Virus record (IMG/VR): IMGVR_UViG_3300027719_000006
Strand: one strand, 5' to 3'
Origin: a virus
DNA length: 61,295 nucleotides
Shown: piece after piece, positions 9,728-18,843 of the stretch
How the letters are laid out: each line of letters opens with the position of its first letter
How positions within the stretch are numbered: position 1 is the first letter of the stretch
Program-made: the position numbers and the translations under genes
Notes under the pieces: generated by a model
What the model was told of the DNA's origin: nothing
Databases searched by the model: none
What the model saw: the letters and a program-made list of their open reading frames with translations, nothing else

Positions 9728-10104
9728 ATGTTTAACACCTTTCTAACTTCTTCACTTAAATATTGATTCAGTCTCAATGTACCTATGTGATTCATTGGGT
9801 CTAAGAGATAAAATCTCTTTCTACCATGTTGAAAATGTCTAGCTTGTTTCTCATGCCACCTAAGAGCATAAGGCAAACGACGCTTTCCAGTTCCACGACC
9901 TCCACCAAAAGACACAACAAATCTTTGTTTTTTCTTTGTGCTTCGCTCAATTACAATACCACTATTCATCAATGGGCTTTCGTCGAGCGGTACTTCTTGT
10001 TTAGCTTGTGTTAATATATCACTTGCTGTTTTAAAAACAGCAACATTTACAGCGGATGAAATAATGTCAAATACAAATCTATCTTCAAATCGTCTCCATG
10101 CCAT
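9724..10104 (-). CDS. HK97 gp10-like neck / tail-completion protein (126 aa)
   Basis: Motif QAKQEVPLDESPLMNSG resembles the vP.dTG.L..S signature of the HK97 gp10 family. Overlaps the downstream gene by 4 nt. Confidence 0.55.
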   Translation of the reverse strand: MAWRRFEDRFVFDIISSAVNVAVFKTASDILTQAKQEVPLDESPLMNSGIVIERSTKKKQRFVVSFGGGRGTGKRRLPYALRWHEKQARHFQHGRKRFYLLDPMNHIGTLRLNQYLSEEVRKVLNI

Positions 10105-10108
10105 ATTA

Positions 10109-10453
10109 TCACCTACAGATTAATTCAAAGTGATGAGTATCTCCAGTTTGTGGGTCATCTATTCTATTCACTTTTAATACTTCTAAATTTGATTTTATAT
10201 GTGGTGAAGTTTCGTCTATCATCCAATAAGGATAGTTATCATCTATTCCACAATTATCCTGCAAAAATACTATAGCACTCGCATGTATAAATGTTTCATT
10301 CTTCTCTTTTATGACTAAGCTTGAATCATATTGTACAAATCCTTTCAATCCATTTGTCGTTGCTATAGTCGAGAAGTCACCTGCTACATTTCTGCTTAAT
10401 TTTCTTAGATTAACAGTATGTGTCATTAGTGCCTTGAAAGCTGGCAAACTCAT
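10109..10453 (-). CDS. head closure / head-tail adaptor candidate (114 aa)
   Basis: Synteny only. RBS gaggtga. Confidence 0.4.
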   Translation of the reverse strand: MSLPAFKALMTHTVNLRKLSRNVAGDFSTIATTNGLKGFVQYDSSLVIKEKNETFIHASAIVFLQDNCGIDDNYPYWMIDETSPHIKSNLEVLKVNRIDDPQTGDTHHFELICR

Positions 10454-10457
10454 TTTA

Positions 10458-10925
10458 TCACCTCGAATATATCTTTCGATTTATGATTCCACTTGTAATT
10501 AATATAGAATCAGCATATCCCATCTCATCAGGAATCAAATTATTAGTTGAACCACTTCCAGCATTATTGCCTATAGAAAAACGTCCTAGTTTTATATTTT
10601 TTTGAGAGCTGGGTGGATTATTATTATTGTCAGTTAAGTAAGAAATCATCTTTGCTGTCCATAACTTGACTGCATCTATTTTAGCGTTAGATAACTTTAC
10701 ATAGTATAGACCATTGATACAGCAACAATTGCAGCAATTTTCTATATTAGGATTACTCACATACCAATATGAATCTGATTTAAATAATTTATATCCATCA
10801 GCATTAATAGCATAGTTGCCAATTCTAGCATCTAATAATTTAGAAGAAATCATCAATCTTTCAGTTGTGGCTTCTGCCGTTGGTCTTCCTGTTATTGTGT
10901 TGTATTCTGTTGTTGTTATATACAT
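10458..10925 (-). CDS. head-tail connector candidate (155 aa) with an unusual Cys cluster NCCNCCC
   Basis: Synteny. RBS aaggagg. Cys cluster IENCCNCCCING read from the ORF track. Confidence 0.4.
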   Translation of the reverse strand: MYITTTEYNTITGRPTAEATTERLMISSKLLDARIGNYAINADGYKLFKSDSYWYVSNPNIENCCNCCCINGLYYVKLSNAKIDAVKLWTAKMISYLTDNNNNPPSSQKNIKLGRFSIGNNAGSGSTNNLIPDEMGYADSILITSGIINRKIYSR

Positions 10926-10956
10926 CAGATTCCTCCTTAACTGGTCTTTTTATATT

Positions 10957-11262
10957 TTATTCAAATGGGTCAAACCATTCCTCAGGATTTTCTTCTGGAT
11001 ATGTTCCTATTGTATCCCAAGTTACTCCTGCTAAATAATTTGTAACTTGAGCTTGAGAATAACCACGTTCTAGTGAGCATTCTACGTATCCACAAACACA
11101 CAGTACTCCATTAATCATTGCACCGCCAGATTTTAACATTTGAACATCAGCCCAATGTGATTGTGGATTCAATGGAAACATTGCTGTCATATTTGCTGCA
11201 ATTAATAAATCCATTTCCTGTGCCTTTGCTACTGAATCAAACAACATCCATTTTGTTGACAT
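10957..11262 (-). CDS. hypothetical structural-module protein (101 aa)
   Basis: ORF track. RBS aggagg. Co-oriented and tightly packed with neighbours. Confidence 0.6.
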   Translation of the reverse strand: MSTKWMLFDSVAKAQEMDLLIAANMTAMFPLNPQSHWADVQMLKSGGAMINGVLCVCGYVECSLERGYSQAQVTNYLAGVTWDTIGTYPEENPEEWFDPFE

Positions 11263-11263
11263 T

Positions 11264-12106
11264 TTAACAACCTCCTGAAATTAGACTATAATTATCATAC
11301 TGATTTGTATTAAATATTAACACTGTGTTTAAATAACCATTTAAATATGTCGACACAGCTGGATAAGTGTTAAATCTTGCGCCAATACACACATTTGTAT
11401 CTGTATTTGTAATTGGAGTAGTATTATACGTTGCTGTTACTTCGCTACCATTTGCATTTATTTTTGAATTATTTGTACCAGTTTCCCATTTGAATAGTAC
11501 TTTATTAATTCCTATCGCATTTTGTATGGCAACACTATTTATTACTGTACTATTGTTTATATACGCTGTAATATTTCCAGCAATTCCAACTAATGATATA
11601 CTTCTATTCGACGTGTCACTATTTTTTGCAAATATGTAACTCGTATGACTACTTATATTGTTGTAATTTGTGTAAAAACTAATTGGTTGCACTGTTATTT
11701 GTATTGCTGCATAATTCAAACAAACTAAATAAGTATTTTCAATTGCAACAAACTTAATTCCATTTGTTTCAAAGACTCCATTTGTTGCAATTATTGGCAT
11801 ATTATTAAAAGTTGATTGAGTTGCATTAGGATATAAAAATTGGTCATACCATGTCTTCACACGACCTGTTGTGCCTGCACAAAATGATTCAATTGCTGAT
11901 ACATCTACATATGGATTCTTTAAAGCAAAATTAAATCCTACATTTAAAGTTGCTGAATCGCTAAGTCTTTGTACCTCAAGGCAATAACCTTTATACTTAT
12001 TTGTTAACAAATATAAACTTTTTCCAAACACACAACCATCAACATTATCTAGTATATATTTTCTTTTAGCACTCATAATAATTCTATTAACTGTAGACGT
12101 AGCCAT
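11264..12106 (-). CDS. hypothetical virion-module protein (280 aa), Asn/Thr/Ser-rich
   Basis: TAATG overlap with the upstream gene. No motif recognised. Located between capsid and connector genes. Confidence 0.6.
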   Translation of the reverse strand: MATSTVNRIIMSAKRKYILDNVDGCVFGKSLYLLTNKYKGYCLEVQRLSDSATLNVGFNFALKNPYVDVSAIESFCAGTTGRVKTWYDQFLYPNATQSTFNNMPIIATNGVFETNGIKFVAIENTYLVCLNYAAIQITVQPISFYTNYNNISSHTSYIFAKNSDTSNRSISLVGIAGNITAYINNSTVINSVAIQNAIGINKVLFKWETGTNNSKINANGSEVTATYNTTPITNTDTNVCIGARFNTYPAVSTYLNGYLNTVLIFNTNQYDNYSLISGGC

Positions 12107-12774
12107 TAAATAGCCACCACCTTCAATATTAACTTTTTAACAGCACTCGCCGTAGGCGTATAAGCTGTTCTAGTCTCAAGTACTCCGTACAAAGTTGTAC
12201 TACTTGCAGCTAACTTACCTTTAAAATTTAAATTGTCATTCTGACTCCAAAGTGTATCTCCCAAATCTATAGCTGCGGCAATGTCTATATATCCTAAATA
12301 TTTATCTCTATCTGCTGCAATTAAGTTAAACGCTGCATTATCTGCAATTGCCGTAGGAGCTGCATTATATATATGCAATCTAAACGCACCCATGCCAGCA
12401 GGTATTGCAGCAACATCAATTTCAAGATTAACACCAACTATAAAAAATCCTGAACCTGTAATATTTGATACACCACTAAATAATAAGTTTGTTCCTGGAT
12501 TAGTACCACATACATCACCTATAGCATATATGTCAGTATTATCAGGTCTGGCAGATGTGTCAGATACTTGACTATTGTTGCTGTACACAGGAACTGGATT
12601 AGTTGATTTGGCATCAACATTTTCAATTTGTAAATTAGCATCTTTGCTAACATTATTTAAATTATTAGTGTTAACAACAACATCGTTTAGCAATTCAGCA
12701 ATATTTACTGTGCTGCCATCTGGTAAATAAAAATCTCCAGAATTTGCTGAAAAATTAGAACCTTTTATATTCAT
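12106..12774 (-). CDS. hypothetical virion-module protein (222 aa)
   Basis: ATGA-type overlap with the upstream gene. No motif recognised. Confidence 0.6.
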   Translation of the reverse strand: MNIKGSNFSANSGDFYLPDGSTVNIAELLNDVVVNTNNLNNVSKDANLQIENVDAKSTNPVPVYSNNSQVSDTSARPDNTDIYAIGDVCGTNPGTNLLFSGVSNITGSGFFIVGVNLEIDVAAIPAGMGAFRLHIYNAAPTAIADNAAFNLIAADRDKYLGYIDIAAAIDLGDTLWSQNDNLNFKGKLAASSTTLYGVLETRTAYTPTASAVKKLILKVVAI

Positions 12775-13001
12775 GTTACACCAACTTTATTTTTAGTATT
12801 CTTTTTTTTAGATGTCTTTTTTTCTAATGTAACTTCTTGTACTTCATCTTCTATTATTATTTCTTTATCTTGTGTAAATGATATTCTGCAAAGGTTTGTC
12901 TGTAAATATATTGCAGTATCTTGAGTTTCAAATTCTATAATAGAACCTTTATTATATTTTTTGCCTTTGTACATACCATTTTTTAAAAATTCAAGTTTCA
13001 T
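12771..13001 (-). CDS. hypothetical protein (76 aa)
   Basis: The ORF track starts at a TTG (13013) that lies inside the RBS ttggagg. ATG 13001 sits 5 nt after GGAGG. Confidence 0.55.
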   Translation of the reverse strand: MKLEFLKNGMYKGKKYNKGSIIEFETQDTAIYLQTNLCRISFTQDKEIIIEDEVQEVTLEKKTSKKKNTKNKVGVT

Positions 13002-13032
13002 AAGTGCCTCCAATTAAAGGAAAAGCTGAGAT

Positions 13033-14013
13033 TTAACTCCCAGCATTACCTAATACAGCAAATGGATATCTAGAGTCTTCATCTGTGTTGATTCTGTTTA
13101 TTGGATTTGGAACTTGCCATGCTATTCTCATGCAACTTCTTAATCCAACCATATTTTGCTGTGCCAAATTATATACGATTTCTCCTGTAACTGGGTCTTG
13201 TATAACAGATTCAGTCAACAGTTTCCAGGTAATATCTTTTCTTATTGCATACATTAATTTGTTCCATTCTCCACTAACTAACAATGACCTTGAAGGAACA
13301 ATGCTTCCGTTTCTTGGGAACAATACTTGTTCGCCATCCAATTCGTATCTTGTAGCACCTTGTACGCCTTCTTTATAAAGAGGTTTGAATATTGGATTAC
13401 CTGTTGAGTCTCTCAATGCTCTAAGCTTAGCTCTCATGCTCATAGCAGCAATGTGACCTGTAACCATATATCCATCTTCTTCAACTTTTGCAATTACACC
13501 ATTTTCGCCCATGATATCATCATATATATCACCAAGACTATTTAATGTTACAAAATTTCCAGCTGCTGTTGCTGCTGCTATTATATTTGTTGGCCATATT
13601 GCAGGTGCGTTAACTCCATATAATACAGCTTGGTCAAATGCTAAACCATAGGCTTCTAGTAGCTTAGGTCTGATTTCTGCCCAAATATCATAGTCGGCAT
13701 CATCTAATACAGACTCAGGGATAACAACAATAACATTTAACTCTTCTGCATCTAGATATTTATTTTCCCACATCATTCTAGTTGTCTTTTTCCATCCAAG
13801 AAAATCAGTTCCAGGGTTAGTTGGTCCAGGATTGGTAAAATATGTTGTAGGTAGTACTGATAAAATTGGTAATCTTCTTTGTGCTCTAGACATGTCTGGA
13901 GCTCTATAAGCAAGTGACATTATTGCACTTTGTTCAGCTACATTTTGAATAATTTCTCTTTGATATTCTTCTGGCATCAAAGCTTCTGCGCCACTACGTG
14001 GTATATAAGACAT
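13033..14013 (-). CDS. major capsid protein, HK97 fold family (326 aa)
   Basis: Position after the scaffold gene. Size and sequence character (SYIPRSGAEALMPEEYQREIIQNVAEQSAIMSLA...) are typical of HK97-family capsid proteins. RBS aaggaaaa. Confidence 0.85.
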   Translation of the reverse strand: MSYIPRSGAEALMPEEYQREIIQNVAEQSAIMSLAYRAPDMSRAQRRLPILSVLPTTYFTNPGPTNPGTDFLGWKKTTRMMWENKYLDAEELNVIVVIPESVLDDADYDIWAEIRPKLLEAYGLAFDQAVLYGVNAPAIWPTNIIAAATAAGNFVTLNSLGDIYDDIMGENGVIAKVEEDGYMVTGHIAAMSMRAKLRALRDSTGNPIFKPLYKEGVQGATRYELDGEQVLFPRNGSIVPSRSLLVSGEWNKLMYAIRKDITWKLLTESVIQDPVTGEIVYNLAQQNMVGLRSCMRIAWQVPNPINRINTDEDSRYPFAVLGNAGS

Positions 14014-14052
14014 TTGTTTTCCTTCTTTCGTATTAAGTTGAAAGAAATCCTA

Positions 14053-14709
14053 TTACCTTCCTGCTGCTTTTCTAATCAATTCTGTCATACTAAAAGGTGA
14101 TTTCTTATTGTTAACATTGCTTTGGTCATCTCCAACTTTAGTTTTAGTATCATCTGTATCAGCTTTTACTTTTTTAACTAAATGTGGTTTTAGTTGCATA
14201 ATTCTTTTTAATTCTTGTTCAACGCCTGTAATATTGCCATCGTCATCAACCTCAACATTTTCATTATTCAATAACAACATTGCTATATCTGAGTCGATAA
14301 ATCCAAGCTTTTCAGACATTTGTTTAACTTCAAACTTTATTAATTTCTTATTTGCCGCTTCAATTTTTGAATCTGTTATCTTTTGCAATTCTTCTTTTTC
14401 AAGTTTCAACCTATCTGCTTCTGTCATGTTTAATTTTTCTATTGCAGCTTTAACTTCTTTTTCTGTGTTTATTTTATGTTTTTTTGTAACTTTAGAAATA
14501 ATTAGATCTATTTCTTTTTGTGAATAAACTTTATCTTCTACTTTTGTTTCACTTGTTTTTTCATCATCTGTTGATTTAACTTCTGCATCATCAGTTGATT
14601 TATCTACTTCATCCTCTGATTTAGTTTCCTCTGCACCTATACCAACCATAGGTATAATCGGCATTAGAAAAATAATTGATAATAATCTTTTTAGTTTATT
14701 TATGTTCAT
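14053..14709 (-). CDS. scaffolding protein (DUF4355-like, 218 aa)
   Basis: Highly acidic, Lys/Glu-rich coiled-coil protein directly upstream of the capsid gene. RBS ggggg. Unusually hydrophobic N-terminus (LLSIIFLMPIIPMVGIGA). Confidence 0.75.
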   Translation of the reverse strand: MNINKLKRLLSIIFLMPIIPMVGIGAEETKSEDEVDKSTDDAEVKSTDDEKTSETKVEDKVYSQKEIDLIISKVTKKHKINTEKEVKAAIEKLNMTEADRLKLEKEELQKITDSKIEAANKKLIKFEVKQMSEKLGFIDSDIAMLLLNNENVEVDDDGNITGVEQELKRIMQLKPHLVKKVKADTDDTKTKVGDDQSNVNNKKSPFSMTELIRKAAGR

Positions 14710-14804
14710 ATTGACCCCCGTTTTAAGCTCGTCAGCATAAATTCCGTTTATAGTCCGTTTGACTCTTATTTTTATTATATATGTTTACTAGAAAAAAACA
14801 ACAC

Positions 14805-14842
14805 AAAAAAAGTTATGATTAAACTTTATCATAACTTTTTTT
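14805..14842. terminator. bidirectional rho-independent terminator
   Basis: Stem aagttatgat (14810..14819) / atcataactt (14828..14837), with an A-run before and a T-run after. Confidence 0.75.
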
Positions 14843-14874
14843 GTGATTATATTTTATTTAGTTGTGCTTTTTGT

Positions 14875-15342
14875 TTAAAATACTGCTAAATTTTTACATC
14901 CTATGATTTTACCATCTGAATCTCTAATTATTTCGCCAGGTAATAATAAGTCATCTCTTTCTCCTTGTTCGTCATAGTTGATTGGTTCTTTCGCAGCCAT
15001 TGCTACAATTATTGATACTACGTATTTAACTCCAATCATTCTTTCTGGCAAATTCTCAATCTTGCTAAAACTTTTTTTAATTAATTGGATTCCTGCAAAA
15101 TTTCCAGCATTTTCAATTGTTTCTGAAACTCTGCAAATACCAGAACTTTTTATTGCTTGCTGTCCTTCTATATTTATATCATGTGGAGTCAAGTTGATTA
15201 TTTTTTCAACTCTTAGAAGTTGATTACATCCGCATTCTTTACATTCTGACTCGTTTGAACTATCCCATTTTTCCCATTCGTCTTGATTAAAAAAATACGT
15301 TCTTCCGCATTCTTAACACTCGTATCTTTGTTTTTTATTCAT
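14875..15342 (-). pseudogene. zinc-ribbon protein gene interrupted by an in-frame TAA (15313..15315); alternatively a 105-aa product restarting at TTG 15192
   Basis: ATG 15342 has a strong RBS (gaggaga). Hand translation gives MNKKQRYEC*ECGRTYFFNQDEWEKWDSSNESECKECGCNQLLRVEKIIN, then runs in frame into the tracked ORF. The stop sits inside the first CxxC knuckle. Confidence 0.6.
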
Positions 15343-15403
15343 AATAATATTCTCCTCTAAATTTTATTTGGCAGTTTAGGTTGACTGCCAACCATATATA
15401 ACT

Positions 15404-15745
15404 TTATTTTACTAATTCAACTTTGTTGTCTATGTTGCACATAATTATTTTTATTGTATTTAAGTTGTATGGTTCTTTGTTTGCTTCTGGGTAGTCTATG
15501 AATTCGTATAACTCAAATCCTGCTTCTATCTGATATCCATATCTATCAGACATATTTATTAAAATCACAGTATCATTTTTACCTGGATTGCCTTGTCCTT
15601 GATATGAAAATAATGCACTTTCTATTATGCTAATATCTTTTCTTGAGCCAAATTCTTTAGTTAACTCATTGAGAGCTTTTGTGTCAACTACCATGTCCAT
15701 ATTTTCATTTCTTATAAATCTTTTTCCAATTATTATATAAGTCAT
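15404..15745 (-). CDS. hypothetical protein (113 aa)
   Basis: ATG 15745 is preceded by RBS aagggga. The longer tracked start (15790) lies inside the leader hairpin. This is the first gene after promoter copy P1. Confidence 0.6.
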   Translation of the reverse strand: MTYIIIGKRFIRNENMDMVVDTKALNELTKEFGSRKDISIIESALFSYQGQGNPGKNDTVILINMSDRYGYQIEAGFELYEFIDYPEANKEPYNLNTIKIIMCNIDNKVELVK

Positions 15746-15801
15746 TTTAATCCCCTTGTTTTTATAGTAGGTTAAGTTTGTTTCTCTCAACCTCTGATTA
15801 C

Positions 15802-15830
15802 ATTATATATGTTAATTTACTTTCTGTCAA
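15802..15830 (-). promoter_or_regulatory. sigma-A-type promoter, copy P1 of a 4-member conserved promoter-leader cassette
   Basis: Minus strand reads TTGTTGACAgaaa, a 17-nt spacer, then TATAAT (-35 at 15830..15825, -10 at 15807..15802). It is followed by leader hairpin 15769..15793. Confidence 0.7.
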
Positions 15831-16887
15831 CAAGTATTTTAATATTTTTTATTTTATCTTCAAATGATTTCTTATCAGACATTAAAAATTCATTAATATC
15901 CTTATATTTTCCTAAAAATAATGTATGCCTTTCTATTTTTAGTTTTTCTAATTCATCAACGATTGTCTTAGTATACCTTTTTCCAACTTCGTCATTATCA
16001 AGACATATTACAAATTTAATATCATTCACCTTAATATATTCTAGATTTACTTTAACTGAATCCAACAGCCTTCTATACATTGTTACACTATTCAGGCAAA
16101 TAGACTTTATTCCATAATTCTCTAGTGATAGACAATCAAATATACCTTCTGTTATGTAGATAACATCATCTTTATCGCATTTACTCAGATAAGATATATT
16201 AAATATTTCTAATGGTATACCTTTGAGATTGTAAACTTTGTTATTTGCAGTTGATAAACTGTCATTTCTTCTCAGAATACAATTTACAACTTTTTGATTT
16301 TTCCAGATTGGAATTATATTTGTATAAGCCCAAATGTTGCTTAAGTTTGGCAATAATTCTACTGGAATAACTTTCTGAGGATTACATGATAGAATACGAT
16401 ATTTTGCTAAAACTTTGATATTTGTTATCCCCCGATTAAAATAATATCTGTAGTCTTTTAGATTTTGTTTTTTCATTGCTTTTGTGATACAATCAGTGAG
16501 ATTGTATTTTATTACAAAATCATAGTTTGCTATTTTATTTATTCTATTATCAGGTGGATTAACGTCAATGTTTTTATTATTAATGGCAGTAGCTTTCTGG
16601 GCAGAGTTACTGTCATTACTCATATTCAAAATACTTTTTGCCTTTTCAATAATTTTATCGAAATCTCTTTTTAGATCTAAATTTTCCATTTCTGCAATAA
16701 CACAAAATGAATCACCTCGAATGCCGCAGGCACAGCAACATATATTATTTTTTAGACTAAGCGAACCAATAGGGCTATTATGTCTATCATTTCTACATGT
16801 CCAATTTTGTCTATCCGTTTTTCCTGGAGTCAATCCATAATATATTAATATATTTCTTATCTCATTTTTAATTATTTGTTTTTCCAT
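15817..16887 (-). CDS. DNA primase, DnaG-like (CHC2 zinc finger plus TOPRIM), 356 aa
   Basis: N-terminal zinc-finger motif CRNDRHNSPIGSLSLKNNICCCACG. TOPRIM motifs YITEGIFDCLSL and FVICLDNDEVGKRY. RBS aaggag. Confidence 0.8.
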   Translation of the reverse strand: MEKQIIKNEIRNILIYYGLTPGKTDRQNWTCRNDRHNSPIGSLSLKNNICCCACGIRGDSFCVIAEMENLDLKRDFDKIIEKAKSILNMSNDSNSAQKATAINNKNIDVNPPDNRINKIANYDFVIKYNLTDCITKAMKKQNLKDYRYYFNRGITNIKVLAKYRILSCNPQKVIPVELLPNLSNIWAYTNIIPIWKNQKVVNCILRRNDSLSTANNKVYNLKGIPLEIFNISYLSKCDKDDVIYITEGIFDCLSLENYGIKSICLNSVTMYRRLLDSVKVNLEYIKVNDIKFVICLDNDEVGKRYTKTIVDELEKLKIERHTLFLGKYKDINEFLMSDKKSFEDKIKNIKILVDRK

Positions 16888-16954
16888 AACAAACTCCTTA
16901 TTAATAAAATACTTACATAATACTATTATAATATTATTCTTTAAAAAAGTAAAT

Positions 16955-16989
16955 AAAAAAGATAATGCCTAGTTAACATTATCTTTTTT
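16955..16989. terminator. bidirectional rho-independent terminator closing the sugar island
   Basis: Stem aaagataatg (16958..16967) / cattatcttt (16977..16986), with flanking A-run and T-run. Confidence 0.75.
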
Positions 16990-17075
16990 GTGCATTTTTA
17001 TATAGGGTTCAAATTCAATTTTTTTAGAGTGTTTTTGTGTTTTTGATGTGCATACATAGTCTTTGAGTTATTATA

Positions 17076-18206
17076 TTATATGTTTAAACTAGTTGCAATA
17101 CTTTTCAAACATTCTGCTGCTGTTTTTCCTGCCTTGCCTTTTAAGTTACTTGGATAAATATTTTCTATGAATTCCTTTTCTTTGTCTCCCATGCCTTTTT
17201 CTAATGCTATATCAATCATCTTGTTTAATTCTTTCATGTCTCTTGCATGATATCCTATTCCTTCGTTGTATATCCTATATTCAAAATTATCTTTATCATT
17301 CTTAAAGTGATTCAATACGCTATCTTTACATATCCAGTCAGGAAAAATTACAGGCTTTCCTATTATCCAAGCTTCATATAGTGTAGAACCTGCATCAGCA
17401 ATTACTACATCTGAGTCGACAAGCTCCTGAATAGTAGGTGTTTGTTTTTGTCTCTCATTCATCTTGCTTGTTGGATGAAGTGCTATCTTTGTTATGTAAT
17501 CCTTTGAAATTTCTTTGACCAACTTATTACATTGTGGATAGCTTGACCTTCCTTGATTCTTTGTATTATAGCCATGTGTAGGACACCATGCAACATATGG
17601 CTTGTTATATGTATTTCTTTTTACTTCACCATTTAAAATATCATCCAATTTAGTGTAGCCAGTAATAAATATTTCGCCTTTGTAACCAGTTTTTCTCATT
17701 CTATCTTCCCAAGCTTGCCCAGGCACAAAAGCATATTTGTATTCTCTTATATTTTCGCCTATCCAATAATTCTTATCTGCTATGCCATGACTTATAAAAA
17801 TGTCTTTGTCTCCAACTGGATACTTGCCTTGTTCATTTATTCTCATAGATGAAAAGAATCGACAATTTATTCCTGGAAATGGTCTATTAATCAAATCAGA
17901 TGAAGGAAGATGTTTTATTATTGGGTTAGCTAATGCAGCAATAGCAAACTTATAAGCTTCACCAGCATGTTGTCCTTGATTGTCTAGGCAAAAGTGAAAC
18001 TTGTTAGGATTAGGTTTAGTCAACCCATGTATTTTTGCGTATTCTGCATTATTTAATTTACCTACTCTTAACCCTTTATTGCATCGTATATTTCTAAAAG
18101 TTTCAGATGTGCTTCCAAGATTAACGATTTTCTCCTTAAATGGTTCAAAGTCTAAACCATCAATAGAAATTTTATAATGACACTTATTAAATATATTTAC
18201 TAACAA
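17076..18206 (-). CDS. CDP-glycerol/ribitol (poly)alditol-phosphate transferase, TagB/TagF-like GT-B protein (376 aa)
   Basis: TTG start 5 nt after the strong RBS aggaggtga. Motifs KPYVAWCPTHGYN (compare the YAPTWR motif of Glyphos_transf) and DSDVVIADAGSTLYEAWIIGKPVIF (C-terminal Rossmann of GT-B). A PseG-like role cannot be excluded. Confidence 0.6.
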   Translation of the reverse strand: MLVNIFNKCHYKISIDGLDFEPFKEKIVNLGSTSETFRNIRCNKGLRVGKLNNAEYAKIHGLTKPNPNKFHFCLDNQGQHAGEAYKFAIAALANPIIKHLPSSDLINRPFPGINCRFFSSMRINEQGKYPVGDKDIFISHGIADKNYWIGENIREYKYAFVPGQAWEDRMRKTGYKGEIFITGYTKLDDILNGEVKRNTYNKPYVAWCPTHGYNTKNQGRSSYPQCNKLVKEISKDYITKIALHPTSKMNERQKQTPTIQELVDSDVVIADAGSTLYEAWIIGKPVIFPDWICKDSVLNHFKNDKDNFEYRIYNEGIGYHARDMKELNKMIDIALEKGMGDKEKEFIENIYPSNLKGKAGKTAAECLKSIATSLNI

Positions 18207-18210
18207 TGTT

Positions 18211-18843
18211 TCACCTCCTAATAGTTATATTTTGTCCATCTAAAAATGGTATATCTTTATCTAAGATTGATACTATAAAGTCTGCTATCTCATCAGCTTT
18301 CAACATATTTTCAAAATCATCATCTGGACAAATTTTGAATCTCATTTTAGATCCAAAAGCTTCAGGAGATATGCAATATACTTTTATACTGTTTTCTTTC
18401 AAACTCTCTGACAAACTCAAGCTAAAACTTATTACCGCCGCTTTGCTTGCAGCATATGCAAATCTATCCGGTCTTACTCCTGTGCCTGCTGTACTTGATA
18501 TGTTTATTATGTTGCCAGGTATATCATTTAAGATACAAAAATCTACATATGTTTTGCATAAGTTAACCATGGCAAAAAAGTTTACTTCAAATTGTTGTTT
18601 AACATCATCCATAGTTGTTTCTAAAATATTGCCAGGTATACATACTCCAGCATTATTTATCAGTGCAACTGGTAAATCTCCCAAATCACTTAAGAAACTA
18701 TTTACAGCTTCATAATCTGTTATATCAAGGTTATTCCATTTTGACAATCCATAATAATTTCTATCTTTATCAGACATACACCACTTTTTAGCAATTGCAC
18801 TTCCTAATTTGCCTTCACTTCCAGAAATTATTATGTTACTCAT
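18211..18843 (-). CDS. short-chain dehydrogenase/reductase (210 aa), candidate sugar-phosphate reductase
   Basis: Classical SDR motifs: N-terminal glycine-rich ISGSEGKLGSAI, NNAG, and catalytic S...YAASK. Overlaps the cytidylyltransferase gene by 8 nt. Confidence 0.75.
   Translation of the reverse strand: MSNIIISGSEGKLGSAIAKKWCMSDKDRNYYGLSKWNNLDITDYEAVNSFLSDLGDLPVALINNAGVCIPGNILETTMDDVKQQFEVNFFAMVNLCKTYVDFCILNDIPGNIINISSTAGTGVRPDRFAYAASKAAVISFSLSLSESLKENSIKVYCISPEAFGSKMRFKICPDDDFENMLKADEIADFIVSILDKDIPFLDGQNITIRR

Noticed and set aside
15368-15391. The 8-bp hairpin ttggcagt / actgccaa considered as a terminator
   Set aside because: There is no U-tract on either strand after the stem. It is more likely a leader or processing structure between two co-transcribed genes.
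17005-17015. gggttcaaatt, which looks like a tRNA T-loop
   Set aside because: The flanks cannot form a T-stem, acceptor stem or anticodon arm. I could fold no tRNA anywhere in the window.
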